64,000 nt of DNA from an uncultured Acidobacteriota bacterium. GTDB lineage: Bacteria > Acidobacteriota > Terriglobia > Terriglobales > Acidobacteriaceae. The notes under the pieces were generated by a model. The model was given only the letters and a program-made list of their open reading frames with translations, did no database searches and was not told the origin of the DNA. The DNA lies in assembly GCA_963759215.1 (NCBI GenBank), contig CAVWYG010000006.1:1243146-1307145 (forward strand), given 5' to 3'. The position numbers and the translations under genes were made by a program. Numbering within the stretch: the stretch's first letter is position 1; each line of letters starts with the position of its first letter. This document shows positions 51,067 through 60,394 of this stretch, piece by piece.

Positions 51067-53286
51067 GTGGCGAAGCTTCCTACAGATATTCCTGAGTTGG
51101 TGAATCAATTTGGTCCCACACTACACACGGTTCCTCCCGGCGGCTGGGCTCACGCCGGCAAGGACGAGAAGTTGGTGAAGACGCATTGCTGTTTCTGCGG
51201 CCAGCAGTGCGGAATCCAACTGCGCGTGATCGAGAACAAGGTCGTGGGTTTTGAGCCGTGGGAGGACTTTCCCTTCAATCGCGGCAAGCTCTGCCCTAAG
51301 GGTGTAAAGCGCTACATGCAGGACGAGCACCCGGACCGCCTGAAGAGCCCGTTGCAACGCGTGCAAGGACAAGGTTTCTCGCCGATCGCCTGGGATGCGG
51401 CGATGGAGCGCGTCGTCGCCGAGATTCGCCGCATTCAGCTCCAGTATGGCAATGATGCATTCGCGCTGCTGACAGGGGCTTCGCTCACCAATGAGAAGGC
51501 TTACCTGATGGGCAAGTTCGCGCGCGTCGCCTTGAAGACGGCGAACATCGACTACAACGGGCGCCTCTGCATGGTCTCGGCAGGTGCGGCTTCCAAGAAA
51601 GTTTTCGGCATCGACCGCAGTGCTAACCCGTGGAGCGACATTGCGAAATCCAAGGTCATCCTGGTTGCCGGTGCAAACATCGCAGAGTGTGCGCCTATTA
51701 CCACCGACTATTTGTGGCAGGCGCGCGAAAACGGCGGCAAACTTATTATCCTCGACCCGCGCATGACGCCCATCGCGCGCAATGCCGATCTGTTCATCCC
51801 CGTGCGCTCGGGCGGCGACATTGGGGTCTTCAACGGAATGTTGCACATCATGATCGAACGCGGCTGGATCGACCGCGAGTTCATTGCGCAGCACACCACC
51901 GGCTTTGACTCCGTGATGGAGACAGTGAAGAAGTACACGCCGGAGTATGCCGCCAAGATCGCGGGAGTTCCACCGGAAATGATTGTCAAGGCAGCTGAGC
52001 TATGGGGGCCGGCGCCGACCAGCTTCCTGCTGCACGCCCGCGGCATTGAGCACCACTCCAAAGGCGTGGACAACTGCATCGCGGCCATCAACCTGGTTGT
52101 GGCCAGCGGACGCATTGGCCGCGAGGGTTGCGGCTACGCCATGATCACCGGGCAAGGCAACGGACAGGGCGCGCGCGAGCAGGGACAAAAGTGCGACCAA
52201 CTTCCCGGCAGCCGCGACATCAGCAATCCGGAGCATCGCAAATATATCGCGGGTGTATGGGGCGTTCCCGAAGAATCGATTCCGCAGAAGGGTTTGTCGG
52301 CGGTTCCGCTGGTGGAAGCCATTCACGATGGCAAGATCAAGGGGTTGCTGTCGATCTGCTTTAATCCTGCGGTGTCGCTGCCGGATGGCAACTACGTTCG
52401 CGAGGCACTTGAGAAGCTGGAGTTCTACGTCAACATCGATTTCTTCCTCTCAGAGACCGCTCGATACGCCGACATCGTTTTACCGGGCTCGCTGATGGAG
52501 GAAGACGAAGGCACGACAACCAACGTCGAAGGCCGTGTGATCCGCCACCGCCAGGCTGTAACGCCGCCCGAAGGCGCGCGCGAGGACTGGGCGATCATCA
52601 ACGAAATCGCAGCCCGGCTCGGTTACGCAGACAAGTTCAGCGCCGCGCCGCGCGAGATCTTCGAAGAGTTGCGCATCGCCTCCAAGGGCGGCGTCTCGGA
52701 TTATTCCGGCATGACGTGGGACCGCATTGACGAGAGCTACGGCCTGTTCTGGCCTTGTCCCGAGCCAGGACATCCGGGCACTCCGCGTTTGTATGAGGGC
52801 GGAAAATTCGGCCATCCCGACGGCAAAGCGCACTTCATTCCGATTGAGTGGCGTCCTTCGGCGGAGATGCCGGATGAAGAGTATCCGATCATTCTCACTA
52901 CTGGCCGTGTGGTCTCGCACTTTCTTTCCGGCACACAGACGCGCCGCATCGGAGGACTGATGGAGCAGTATCCGCAGCCACGCTGCGAGATACATCCCCG
53001 TCTCGCGGACAAGCTAGGCATCGCCGACGGCGATTTCGTCAAGGTCGAGAGCCGCCGCGGGGAGATCGTGGTGCGGGCGCAGGTAGTGAAGACGATTCGG
53101 CCAGACACTGTCTTCGTCCCTTATCACTGGCCGCTGGATCGCTCAGCGAACAACTGCACCATCCGTGCCATCGACCCGGTCTCGAATATTCCTGAATTCA
53201 AGATCTGCGCGGTTCGCGTGAGCAAGACGGAGGCCCCTACCGATGCGATCGCGCAACTTGAGATGGAGGCGGGAGGCATTCGATGA
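51067..53286 (+). CDS. molybdopterin (Mo-bisPGD) oxidoreductase catalytic subunit, Nas/Nap/Fdh clade; no signal peptide
   Basis: N-terminal [4Fe-4S] motif [10 protein letters not shown]...C, MopB domain, C-terminal molydop_binding domain; GTG start with an AAGGAG RBS; 739 aa. Confidence 0.8.
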   Translation: MAKLPTDIPELVNQFGPTLHTVPPGGWAHAGKDEKLVKTHCCFCGQQCGIQLRVIENKVVGFEPWEDFPFNRGKLCPKGVKRYMQDEHPDRLKSPLQRVQGQGFSPIAWDAAMERVVAEIRRIQLQYGNDAFALLTGASLTNEKAYLMGKFARVALKTANIDYNGRLCMVSAGAASKKVFGIDRSANPWSDIAKSKVILVAGANIAECAPITTDYLWQARENGGKLIILDPRMTPIARNADLFIPVRSGGDIGVFNGMLHIMIERGWIDREFIAQHTTGFDSVMETVKKYTPEYAAKIAGVPPEMIVKAAELWGPAPTSFLLHARGIEHHSKGVDNCIAAINLVVASGRIGREGCGYAMITGQGNGQGAREQGQKCDQLPGSRDISNPEHRKYIAGVWGVPEESIPQKGLSAVPLVEAIHDGKIKGLLSICFNPAVSLPDGNYVREALEKLEFYVNIDFFLSETARYADIVLPGSLMEEDEGTTTNVEGRVIRHRQAVTPPEGAREDWAIINEIAARLGYADKFSAAPREIFEELRIASKGGVSDYSGMTWDRIDESYGLFWPCPEPGHPGTPRLYEGGKFGHPDGKAHFIPIEWRPSAEMPDEEYPIILTTGRVVSHFLSGTQTRRIGGLMEQYPQPRCEIHPRLADKLGIADGDFVKVESRRGEIVVRAQVVKTIRPDTVFVPYHWPLDRSANNCTIRAIDPVSNIPEFKICAVRVSKTEAPTDAIAQLEMEAGGIR

Positions 53287-53909
53287 GCGAAATGGCTTTC
53301 TTCATCGATCACTCGCGCTGCATCGGATGCCAGTCGTGCGTGCAGGCGTGCGCCGAATGCGACACCCATCGCGGCGTCAGCATGATTCATCTGGAGACAA
53401 TCGATCGTTCGGACAGTGTCCAGACGGCCCCGCAGGTCTGCATGCATTGTGAAGACCCGATCTGTGCGCGTGTCTGCCCGGCCGACGCTATCAAGAAGAC
53501 CCCTGATGGCGTAGTGCAGAGTTCCCTGAAGCCGCGTTGCATTGGGTGCTCGAACTGCGTCATGTCGTGTCCGTTCGGTGTGCCAAAGTACCGCGCAGAG
53601 ATCGACCAGATGATGAAGTGTGACATGTGCTACGACCGCAGCAGCGTTGGCAAGAAGCCGATGTGTGCCACCGTTTGCCCATCCGGCGCATTGGCCTTTA
53701 CGACGATGGAAGAGATTCAGCGCACCCGCGGCGGAATTCCGATCAACTCGTGGCGCTTTGGCGATGAAATTGTAAAGACCAAGGTTTACGTAATGGTTCC
53801 GCGCGAGGTCGAACGTGTCGACGTGGAGCTTGTGCAGATCACATCCACTCCCGCTGCGCTGCCGGATGATCCCTATGATGTTGCGCTGATGCTGGAGGAC
53901 GCGCGATGA
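53283..53909 (+). CDS. 4x[4Fe-4S] ferredoxin-type iron-sulfur subunit (NrfC/PsrB/DmsB-like)
   Basis: Four Cys clusters: [42 protein letters not shown]...CATVCP. Confidence 0.8.
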   Translation: MSEMAFFIDHSRCIGCQSCVQACAECDTHRGVSMIHLETIDRSDSVQTAPQVCMHCEDPICARVCPADAIKKTPDGVVQSSLKPRCIGCSNCVMSCPFGVPKYRAEIDQMMKCDMCYDRSSVGKKPMCATVCPSGALAFTTMEEIQRTRGGIPINSWRFGDEIVKTKVYVMVPREVERVDVELVQITSTPAALPDDPYDVALMLEDAR

Positions 53910-54418
53910 CCGTGGATAAGAAAGACGCCACCTGTGGTAAGGCTCCGAAATGGAGGCAGGATTTCCCCATCGAGTGGGAAGGCGACCATTACGTTACTCG
54001 ACGCGAGATGGTGAAGTTCATGACCCTCGGCTCCGCGCTGCTGGCAGCGGCAAACTGGATCGTTGCAATTGCCGGAAGCTTAGTTCATCGCGGATCTCAT
54101 GCAGAGCGCTACATCGGCGAGGCTCGCGCTCTGGAACAGACGGGCTCACTTCTCTTCCGCTACCCGACAGATGCGGACCCGTGCATCGCAGTCCATACGC
54201 CGGAAGGCAAGCTGGTTGCCTATTCGCAGGTCTGTACGCATCTCTCCTGTGCCGTTGTGTATGACAAAAGCGAGAACGCTCTGATCTGTCCGTGCCACAA
54301 CGGCGTCTTCAACATCGATCATGGGAGCCCGACTGCCGGACCACCCACTCGGTCACTTTCTCGGGTAAAGATCGAGCAGCGTGGTGACCAACTCTTTGCA
54401 ACGGAACTGGAGTCCTGA
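53906..54418 (+). CDS. Rieske [2Fe-2S] protein with a Tat-like RR motif and hydrophobic anchor
   Basis: TRREMVKF then [20 protein letters not shown]; Rieske boxes CTHLSC and CPCHNG. Confidence 0.8.
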   Translation: MTVDKKDATCGKAPKWRQDFPIEWEGDHYVTRREMVKFMTLGSALLAAANWIVAIAGSLVHRGSHAERYIGEARALEQTGSLLFRYPTDADPCIAVHTPEGKLVAYSQVCTHLSCAVVYDKSENALICPCHNGVFNIDHGSPTAGPPTRSLSRVKIEQRGDQLFATELES

Positions 54419-54655
54419 ATGAGCGTGCGCAGCCAGGGAACGACTCTATTTTCGGCGATCCTGATTCTAGTAGGAATAACGGTAGTAGTGCAGCTCTGGT
54501 TGCTTACTGTCTCTACCGAGGCACTGCTCAGCGGGCAGACGAAGACACTGATCCCTGCCGCGGCAGGATCGTCGTTGTTGCTGTTGATCAGCGCGTGCCT
54601 GCTTCGCTATGTGTATCGTTTTGACCACGACGTTGAGCGGGAGTCCCAGGAGTAG
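54419..54655 (+). CDS. small two-TM membrane protein (78 aa), possible accessory subunit
   Basis: The ORF follows directly after the Rieske stop; it has two hydrophobic helices. Confidence 0.4.
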   Translation: MSVRSQGTTLFSAILILVGITVVVQLWLLTVSTEALLSGQTKTLIPAAAGSSLLLLISACLLRYVYRFDHDVERESQE

Positions 54656-54731
54656 CCACTTTGCCGGTGCAATTTATCCGCGCATTCTTCACATCAAGCG
54701 GTCATCAGGTGAGCTGAAAGAAACACTTCCT

Positions 54732-54749
54732 GGTGTGACTTTAGTCACA
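54732..54749. promoter_or_regulatory. perfect CRP/HcpR-type box gTGTGActttagTCACAg, 77 bp upstream of hcp
   Basis: TGTGA-N6-TCACA read directly. Confidence 0.65.
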
Positions 54750-54823
54750 GTGCGCTGCTCCTACAGTCCCTATGCTTGTGTTCGCTAAAGGAACTCAATC
54801 TTCATCAGGCTGGAATCAAACAC

Positions 54824-56449
54824 ATGTTCTGCTATCAATGTGAGCAAACCTATCGCGGTACGGGCTGCACCGACCTTGGGGTCTGCGGCAAAGACGATAC
54901 CACCGCAACTTTGCAAGATCTGCTCGTGTTTGCGGCCAAGGGCATCGCAATGTATGCCCATCGTGCGCGTCAAGCCGGCGCGGCCGATCCGGCAATCGAT
55001 TCGTTTGTGATCGATTGCCTGTTTGCAACCGGAACGAACGTAAATTTCGATCCCGAGCGTCTCGCCAGCCTGATTGCCAGCGCTGCTACGGTTCGCGATC
55101 AGGCTCAGAAGTTGTATGAGCGCGCCAGCGCCGCGGCTCCTCTGGCTGGTCCGGCCGCGTTCAAGCCGGCAGCTTCCATCGATGGCTTGGTTGCACAAGG
55201 TAAGCAACATCTGATTCCGGATCAACTTCTTGCGGCGGGAACGGAGACGGGGAACCTGCAGGAGCTAATCCTATACGGGCTGAAGGGCCTGGGCGCCTAT
55301 GCGGCGCACGCGAAACGTCTCGGCGCGACCGATGCCGCTGCGAACGCCACCATGCTGGAGATCCTGGATTTTCTTACCCTGCCCGCACCTACCCTTGATG
55401 AGCTGCTTGCGATGGTGCTTCGCACCGGCGAACTGAATTACCGCATCATGCAGCTCCTGGACAAGGCAAACACCGATGCCTTCGGACACCCGCAGCCAAC
55501 TGCCGTGCGCCTGCATCCGCGTAAAGGAAAGGCAATTTGCGTTTCAGGACACGACTTAGCCGACCTTTATGAGTTGCTGAAACAAACCGAGGGCACTGGA
55601 ATTCAGATCTATACACATGGCGAGATGCTGCCCGCGCATGGTTACCCCAAGCTCAAGGCCTTCAAACATCTGGCCGGCAACTTTGGCGGTGGATGGCAGG
55701 ACCAGCAGAAAGAATTCCCCAACTTCCCCGGGCCCGTTGTCATGACCTCCAACTGCATCCAGGATCCGAAGGATTACAAGGACAAGGTCTTTACCACGGG
55801 GCCGACCGCATGGCCGGGCGTCCGCCACATCGCCGACCACGACTTCTCGGCTGTGATCGAGGCCGCTTTGCGCGCTCCAGGTTACGAGCAGGATGGCGCT
55901 GGCGATGAGATCACGGTTGGCTTTGGCCACAATGCCGTGCTGAGCGTGGCCGGCACAGTGGTGGATGCCGTGAAGGCAGGCGCCATCCGGCACTTCTTCC
56001 TGATTGGTGGCTGCGATGGCGCGCGTCCGGGACGAAACTACTACACCGAGTTCGCGGAAGCCGTGCCAAATGATTGCCTCATTATGACTCTTGCCTGCGG
56101 AAAGTACCGCTTCAACAAGTTGGACTTCGGCCAGATTGGCGGCTTGCCGCGCCTGCTCGACCTCGGACAGTGCAACGACGCCTACTCGGCTTTGCAGATT
56201 GCAGGCGCGCTGGCCAATGCCTTCCAATGCGGCATCAATGACCTGCCGCTTTCGCTCGTGTTGTCGTGGTACGAGCAAAAGGCAGTTGCAATTCTGCTGA
56301 CGCTGCTCCACCTTGGAGTGCGCAACATTCGCATCGGCCCAACTCTGCCGGCCTTCATTACGCCTACAGTCCTGGGTGTGTTGCACGACAAGTTCAACCT
56401 CATGGCGATCACTGAACCAAAACAGGATCTTGCCGCGATATTGAACTAA
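54824..56449 (+). CDS. hcp: hybrid-cluster protein / hydroxylamine reductase
   Basis: N-terminal MFCYQCEQT...C...C cubane cluster motif; the hybrid-cluster ligands (CVSGHD, CIQDP, H/E/C) are conserved; 541 aa. Confidence 0.9.
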   Translation: MFCYQCEQTYRGTGCTDLGVCGKDDTTATLQDLLVFAAKGIAMYAHRARQAGAADPAIDSFVIDCLFATGTNVNFDPERLASLIASAATVRDQAQKLYERASAAAPLAGPAAFKPAASIDGLVAQGKQHLIPDQLLAAGTETGNLQELILYGLKGLGAYAAHAKRLGATDAAANATMLEILDFLTLPAPTLDELLAMVLRTGELNYRIMQLLDKANTDAFGHPQPTAVRLHPRKGKAICVSGHDLADLYELLKQTEGTGIQIYTHGEMLPAHGYPKLKAFKHLAGNFGGGWQDQQKEFPNFPGPVVMTSNCIQDPKDYKDKVFTTGPTAWPGVRHIADHDFSAVIEAALRAPGYEQDGAGDEITVGFGHNAVLSVAGTVVDAVKAGAIRHFFLIGGCDGARPGRNYYTEFAEAVPNDCLIMTLACGKYRFNKLDFGQIGGLPRLLDLGQCNDAYSALQIAGALANAFQCGINDLPLSLVLSWYEQKAVAILLTLLHLGVRNIRIGPTLPAFITPTVLGVLHDKFNLMAITEPKQDLAAILN

Positions 56450-56544
56450 GCCCCTATTTATCTTCATCCGGCCCCGGCGTACGCTATTATGCGCCGGGGT
56501 TTCGTGCTTCGAACTGTTCCGGTCAAGATGCGAAAGGAGAGTCC

Positions 56545-57894
56545 ATGCGCAGGATATTCCTTCAAGCTGTTGGTCCAATGGTTTGTGTGCTCACGTTGGC
56601 TCCAACGGGATGGCCACAGGTTGCAGCGGCAATGCCCGCATCGGTCGCCAAACTGGCGGCTTCGGCTTCAAAAGAGAGCCAGGCCTGCATAGCCTGCCAC
56701 CAGGAGAAAGCGACTCCGCTGGCAGTGCAGCAGTGGGCGGAGAGCAAGCACGCCATAAGCGGTATTGGCTGCTATGAGTGCCACCAGGCGGGCAAGGACA
56801 GGCCCGACTCCTTTGAGCACTTCAATTACCGGATCTCGGTCGTGGTGTCGCCCAAAGTGTGCGGGACGTGTCATGCGCAGCAGACGGCAGAATTCGAAGC
56901 CAGTCATCATGCAATGGCGGGCGAGATTCTCGGCTCCCTGGACAATGTGCTTGGCGACACCATCGAAGGGCCGCAGGCCGCGATTAACGGTTGCAGGAAG
57001 TGTCATGGCAGCGTGGTGAAGGTGATCGGAAACGGGAAACTCGATTCCTCAACCTGGCCCAACGAAGGCATTGGCCGCATCAACCCAGATGGCAGCAAGG
57101 GATCATGCTCGGTGTGCCATAGCCGCCACACCTTCTCGCTGGCGATTGCACGGCAACCGGAAAGCTGTGGCTATTGCCATCTCGGCCCCGACCATCCGCA
57201 GACAGAAATCTATGCCGAAAGTAAACATGGCGTGACCTACCGCTCGCTGATCGGCCAGATGAATCTGAACTCCGATAGCTGGGTTCTGGGCAAGGACTAC
57301 AACGTTGCGCCCACCTGCGATACCTGTCACATGGGAGCTACTTCCAAGCTGCCTGCCACGCATGACGTTGGCGCGCGGCTCTCCTGGAACCTGCGTCCGG
57401 AAATTGCCATCAAGCAGCAGAACTGGCAGGACAAGCGCGGTGTGATGAAGTCGGTTTGTCTGAACTGCCACGCATCCGACTGGGTGGACAACTTCTACAC
57501 CCAATTTGACGGTGTGGTGGATATGGGAAACGACAAGTTCTTCGCTCCCTCCAAGGAGATCATGGCGAAGTTGCAGAAGGCCGGTAAGATCACGCCTACG
57601 CCGTTTGACACCAAGATCAAGTGGACTTACTTCGAGCTATGGCATCACCAGGGTCGCCGAGCGCGTATGGGCGCTTCCATGAATGGCCCGGATTACGTGC
57701 AATGGCTCGGCTTCTACGAAGTGGCCAAGATCTTCTACAGCGAGTTCATCCCCGAGGCCGAGGCGTTGATGCCCGGGGTGACTGCCGAGACGATGAACAG
57801 CGATGCGCACAAGTGGATCAAGGGCCTCTCTGCCGAAGAAAGGCAGCGTATCCGCGAATTTTATCAAAAGAGATACGAACAGAGTCCGCGCTAA
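56545..57894 (+). CDS. octaheme c-type cytochrome, hydroxylamine-oxidoreductase (HAO)-family-like, secreted
   Basis: Signal peptide; eight CxxCH motifs (CIACH, CYECH, CGTCH, CRKCH, CSVCH, CGYCH, CDTCH, CLNCH); ~420-aa mature protein. Confidence 0.75.
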   Translation: MRRIFLQAVGPMVCVLTLAPTGWPQVAAAMPASVAKLAASASKESQACIACHQEKATPLAVQQWAESKHAISGIGCYECHQAGKDRPDSFEHFNYRISVVVSPKVCGTCHAQQTAEFEASHHAMAGEILGSLDNVLGDTIEGPQAAINGCRKCHGSVVKVIGNGKLDSSTWPNEGIGRINPDGSKGSCSVCHSRHTFSLAIARQPESCGYCHLGPDHPQTEIYAESKHGVTYRSLIGQMNLNSDSWVLGKDYNVAPTCDTCHMGATSKLPATHDVGARLSWNLRPEIAIKQQNWQDKRGVMKSVCLNCHASDWVDNFYTQFDGVVDMGNDKFFAPSKEIMAKLQKAGKITPTPFDTKIKWTYFELWHHQGRRARMGASMNGPDYVQWLGFYEVAKIFYSEFIPEAEALMPGVTAETMNSDAHKWIKGLSAEERQRIREFYQKRYEQSPR

Positions 57895-57989
57895 CGCCCG
57901 CGGTGTACTCTGAAATTCTTTTCCTGCGGCTGAAAGTCGCTGCAATAATCGACGACCAACTTCGGCTAGGAAATGTAAGGAGTTAGCAG

Positions 57990-58505
57990 ATGCGGAACGA
58001 GCAAAAAGTCCTAGGTCGGTTACCTGTGCACCCGAGTAACAGGGAAGAGGCCGGAGCTTATCTGCTCCAAGTCAACGGATTGGTCGAGCAAACGCTGGAA
58101 CTGACTTTGTCCGACTTCGAAAGATTGCCACAGCGAGATGTCACAGAGGATTTTACCTGCGAAGAGGGCTGGACCGTACCGGCGGTTAAGTGGTGGGGTG
58201 TAACCATGGAATCCGTACTCGCTCTTGCGGGGGCACATCCCGAAGCCCAATGGGTTCAGGCAGGCGCTGGAGAGTTTACTGTCCCCATCCCGCTACAAGA
58301 CGCCCGACGGGCACTACTTGCCACTCGCCTGGGAGATGGCGCTCTGCCGTCCGAGCACGGTGGCCCGGTTCGGTTGGTAGTGCCCGGCGGCGACTGCTGG
58401 ACGAGCATAAAATGGCTAGATCACCTGGAGTTGCGTGCCGAGCCAGGGCCCAACACTGGAAAAGCGATGGCGCTAGATCGATTGCGTTGCAAGTCATTGA
58501 AGTAA
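57990..58505 (+). CDS. sulfite-oxidase-family molybdopterin-binding domain protein (short, no signal peptide)
   Basis: DFTCEEGWTVPAVKWWGV (Mo-ligand Cys motif) ... GGPVRLVVPGGDCWTSIKWL. Confidence 0.7.
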   Translation: MRNEQKVLGRLPVHPSNREEAGAYLLQVNGLVEQTLELTLSDFERLPQRDVTEDFTCEEGWTVPAVKWWGVTMESVLALAGAHPEAQWVQAGAGEFTVPIPLQDARRALLATRLGDGALPSEHGGPVRLVVPGGDCWTSIKWLDHLELRAEPGPNTGKAMALDRLRCKSLK

Positions 58506-58595
58506 CATTCCCAGAACGGGCCAGTACTCGGTGAGCACCGGAATATTCTGCGGCGGACAGCAAAGAAGCGCGTCCAGTCCGGCGAACGCCATCGC

Positions 58596-59588
58596 GTGAC
58601 GTACGCAGTTAGTTCAGTCGGGGTCTATGTAGCTCACGCGCGATACCTCCAGGCCGATTCCCGGAACGGTTGGCGGATCTCGGTACAATATGGCGTCGCC
58701 TTTATCGGCACCCCCGACAATCTTGACCTGATCACGCCATCGGACAGGCTTATGCTGAAACCACCGACTGCCTCCGCGATCGCAATAGACAACATCAGTA
58801 TCGGGTACTTTTTCTTTTCACTGAATGGAGGTTGGAGTTTCGCGGCAGTCAATTATCCTCTAGCCGTTGCCCCACTTTTCAATCGGAGAAGGGGGACACT
58901 CTTCTCCGCGGCTTCCTGTACCAGACGCAGCCAGCCGGTCAACTCAGAAGAGGGTGCGCCGATGGGTATTGGTATTTGGTACGAGATGTTCATCTCTGAT
59001 CCAGTGGCATTCCTATTCAAGAACGCGGACCCGCGTGGATCACTGGCCGCCAACGTCAGCAATTCTACGGTACGCTGCCTTAGCAACATGAAGCTGGCAG
59101 ATATGTTACAGAACCGCCATGCCATGAGTCAGACGGTGCGCGACGAGGTTTCGCCAAAATCTCATGAATGGGGTTACAAACTGGGCTCGATCTACATTCG
59201 GAAGGTTCATTTCCGCGACCTCGAGATGATCAAGCAGATCGAAGAGAAGGTGGTGAACCGGCTTCGCCAGGTGACCGCGGCTATCAAGCAGAGCGGTTCC
59301 AATCAGGTGAGCATCATCACCAGCACTGCCGAGCGACAGGCTGCGGTGGAGTTTGCCAAAGCCGCCGCGATGCGTCCGCGCATTGTGGGCGAGGCGCTTA
59401 ACAAGGTAGCGGCTGATCCGGACGTAGAATCCGCAATGTTTGAAATTCTCGAAACCCAAAGGCTGGTCGAAAGCAAGGCAAAGATCACGCTGGTACCGGA
59501 GCGGTATGGGATCCTACCGGAACTGCTGGCCTCTTCTGGACGGGGACCGCAGGGCGCAGATGTTCGCCAAAAGGCAGTGGGTTCGTAA
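58596..59588 (+). CDS. SPFH/band-7 domain protein (N-terminal region poorly resolved)
   Basis: The C-terminal two-thirds (VRDEVSPKSHEWGYKLGSIYIRKVHFRDLEMIKQIEEKVVNRLRQV...IITSTAERQAAVEFAKAAA) matches the SPFH domain + coiled coil; the N-terminal 100 aa is atypical. Confidence 0.5.
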   Translation: MTYAVSSVGVYVAHARYLQADSRNGWRISVQYGVAFIGTPDNLDLITPSDRLMLKPPTASAIAIDNISIGYFFFSLNGGWSFAAVNYPLAVAPLFNRRRGTLFSAASCTRRSQPVNSEEGAPMGIGIWYEMFISDPVAFLFKNADPRGSLAANVSNSTVRCLSNMKLADMLQNRHAMSQTVRDEVSPKSHEWGYKLGSIYIRKVHFRDLEMIKQIEEKVVNRLRQVTAAIKQSGSNQVSIITSTAERQAAVEFAKAAAMRPRIVGEALNKVAADPDVESAMFEILETQRLVESKAKITLVPERYGILPELLASSGRGPQGADVRQKAVGS

Positions 59589-59600
59589 GTGGAGACAGAA

Positions 59601-60038
59601 ATGGCACACGTTGAGATGTACACTGACGGTTCTTGCAAAGGAAATGGCCGTGCTGATGGAGGCCGCGGCGGCTGGGCCGCAATTCTGAGTTGCAATGGCA
59701 AGACAAAGGAGTTGAGCGGAGCCGAGCCGAACACGACCAACAATCGCCTGGCTGTAATCTCCGGTCTGGAAGCTCTTACAAAGGAATGCACTGTAACAAT
59801 TCACTATGACTCGGAATACATGCGGAATGGCATTACGAAGTGGATAGCGGGCTGGAAGCAGAACGGATGGAAAACGAAAGACAAGAAGCCGGTTAAGAAC
59901 CAGGACCTGTGGCAGCGACTCGACGCTTTGGTTCAGAAATATCAGCAGATCGAGTGGGATTGGGTTCGCGGTCACAACGGCAATCCCGGGAACGAACGCG
60001 CCGACACGCTCGCGCAGGCTGCAGCCGATATGCTGTGA
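59601..60038 (+). CDS. rnhA: ribonuclease HI
   Basis: [13 protein letters not shown]...[18 protein letters not shown] (catalytic DEDD residues). Confidence 0.9.
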   Translation: MAHVEMYTDGSCKGNGRADGGRGGWAAILSCNGKTKELSGAEPNTTNNRLAVISGLEALTKECTVTIHYDSEYMRNGITKWIAGWKQNGWKTKDKKPVKNQDLWQRLDALVQKYQQIEWDWVRGHNGNPGNERADTLAQAAADML

Positions 60039-60394
60039 CACTGCAGACGTCGAAGGGCATGACGAATCAAGAAACGCTGATGATCTGAGAGCCGATGCCC
60101 AGCGACGGACGCAGCGATCTGTGGAATCTTCGCTCGCGTCTTCTTCTTCGCTAGCTCTGCGATTTGCTCTGACGGTCAAGCAAGGCTTGGAGCATCTCTA
60201 CGGGCTCAGATCGGCACCAGTCAGGTGCGCGTAAGCCGTCGGCGGGTCAGATTATTATTCGGGGTCGAACCACCAGTATGCTCGCGACCCTTTTGCCTGT
60301 GCGCTCCAAAAGTTTCTTCGGACGGACGGTTCGCGTCAAGCCAACATTCTCATCCTCAGGTGCGGCCCGCGGCCATGCAGGATTATCATGGATT

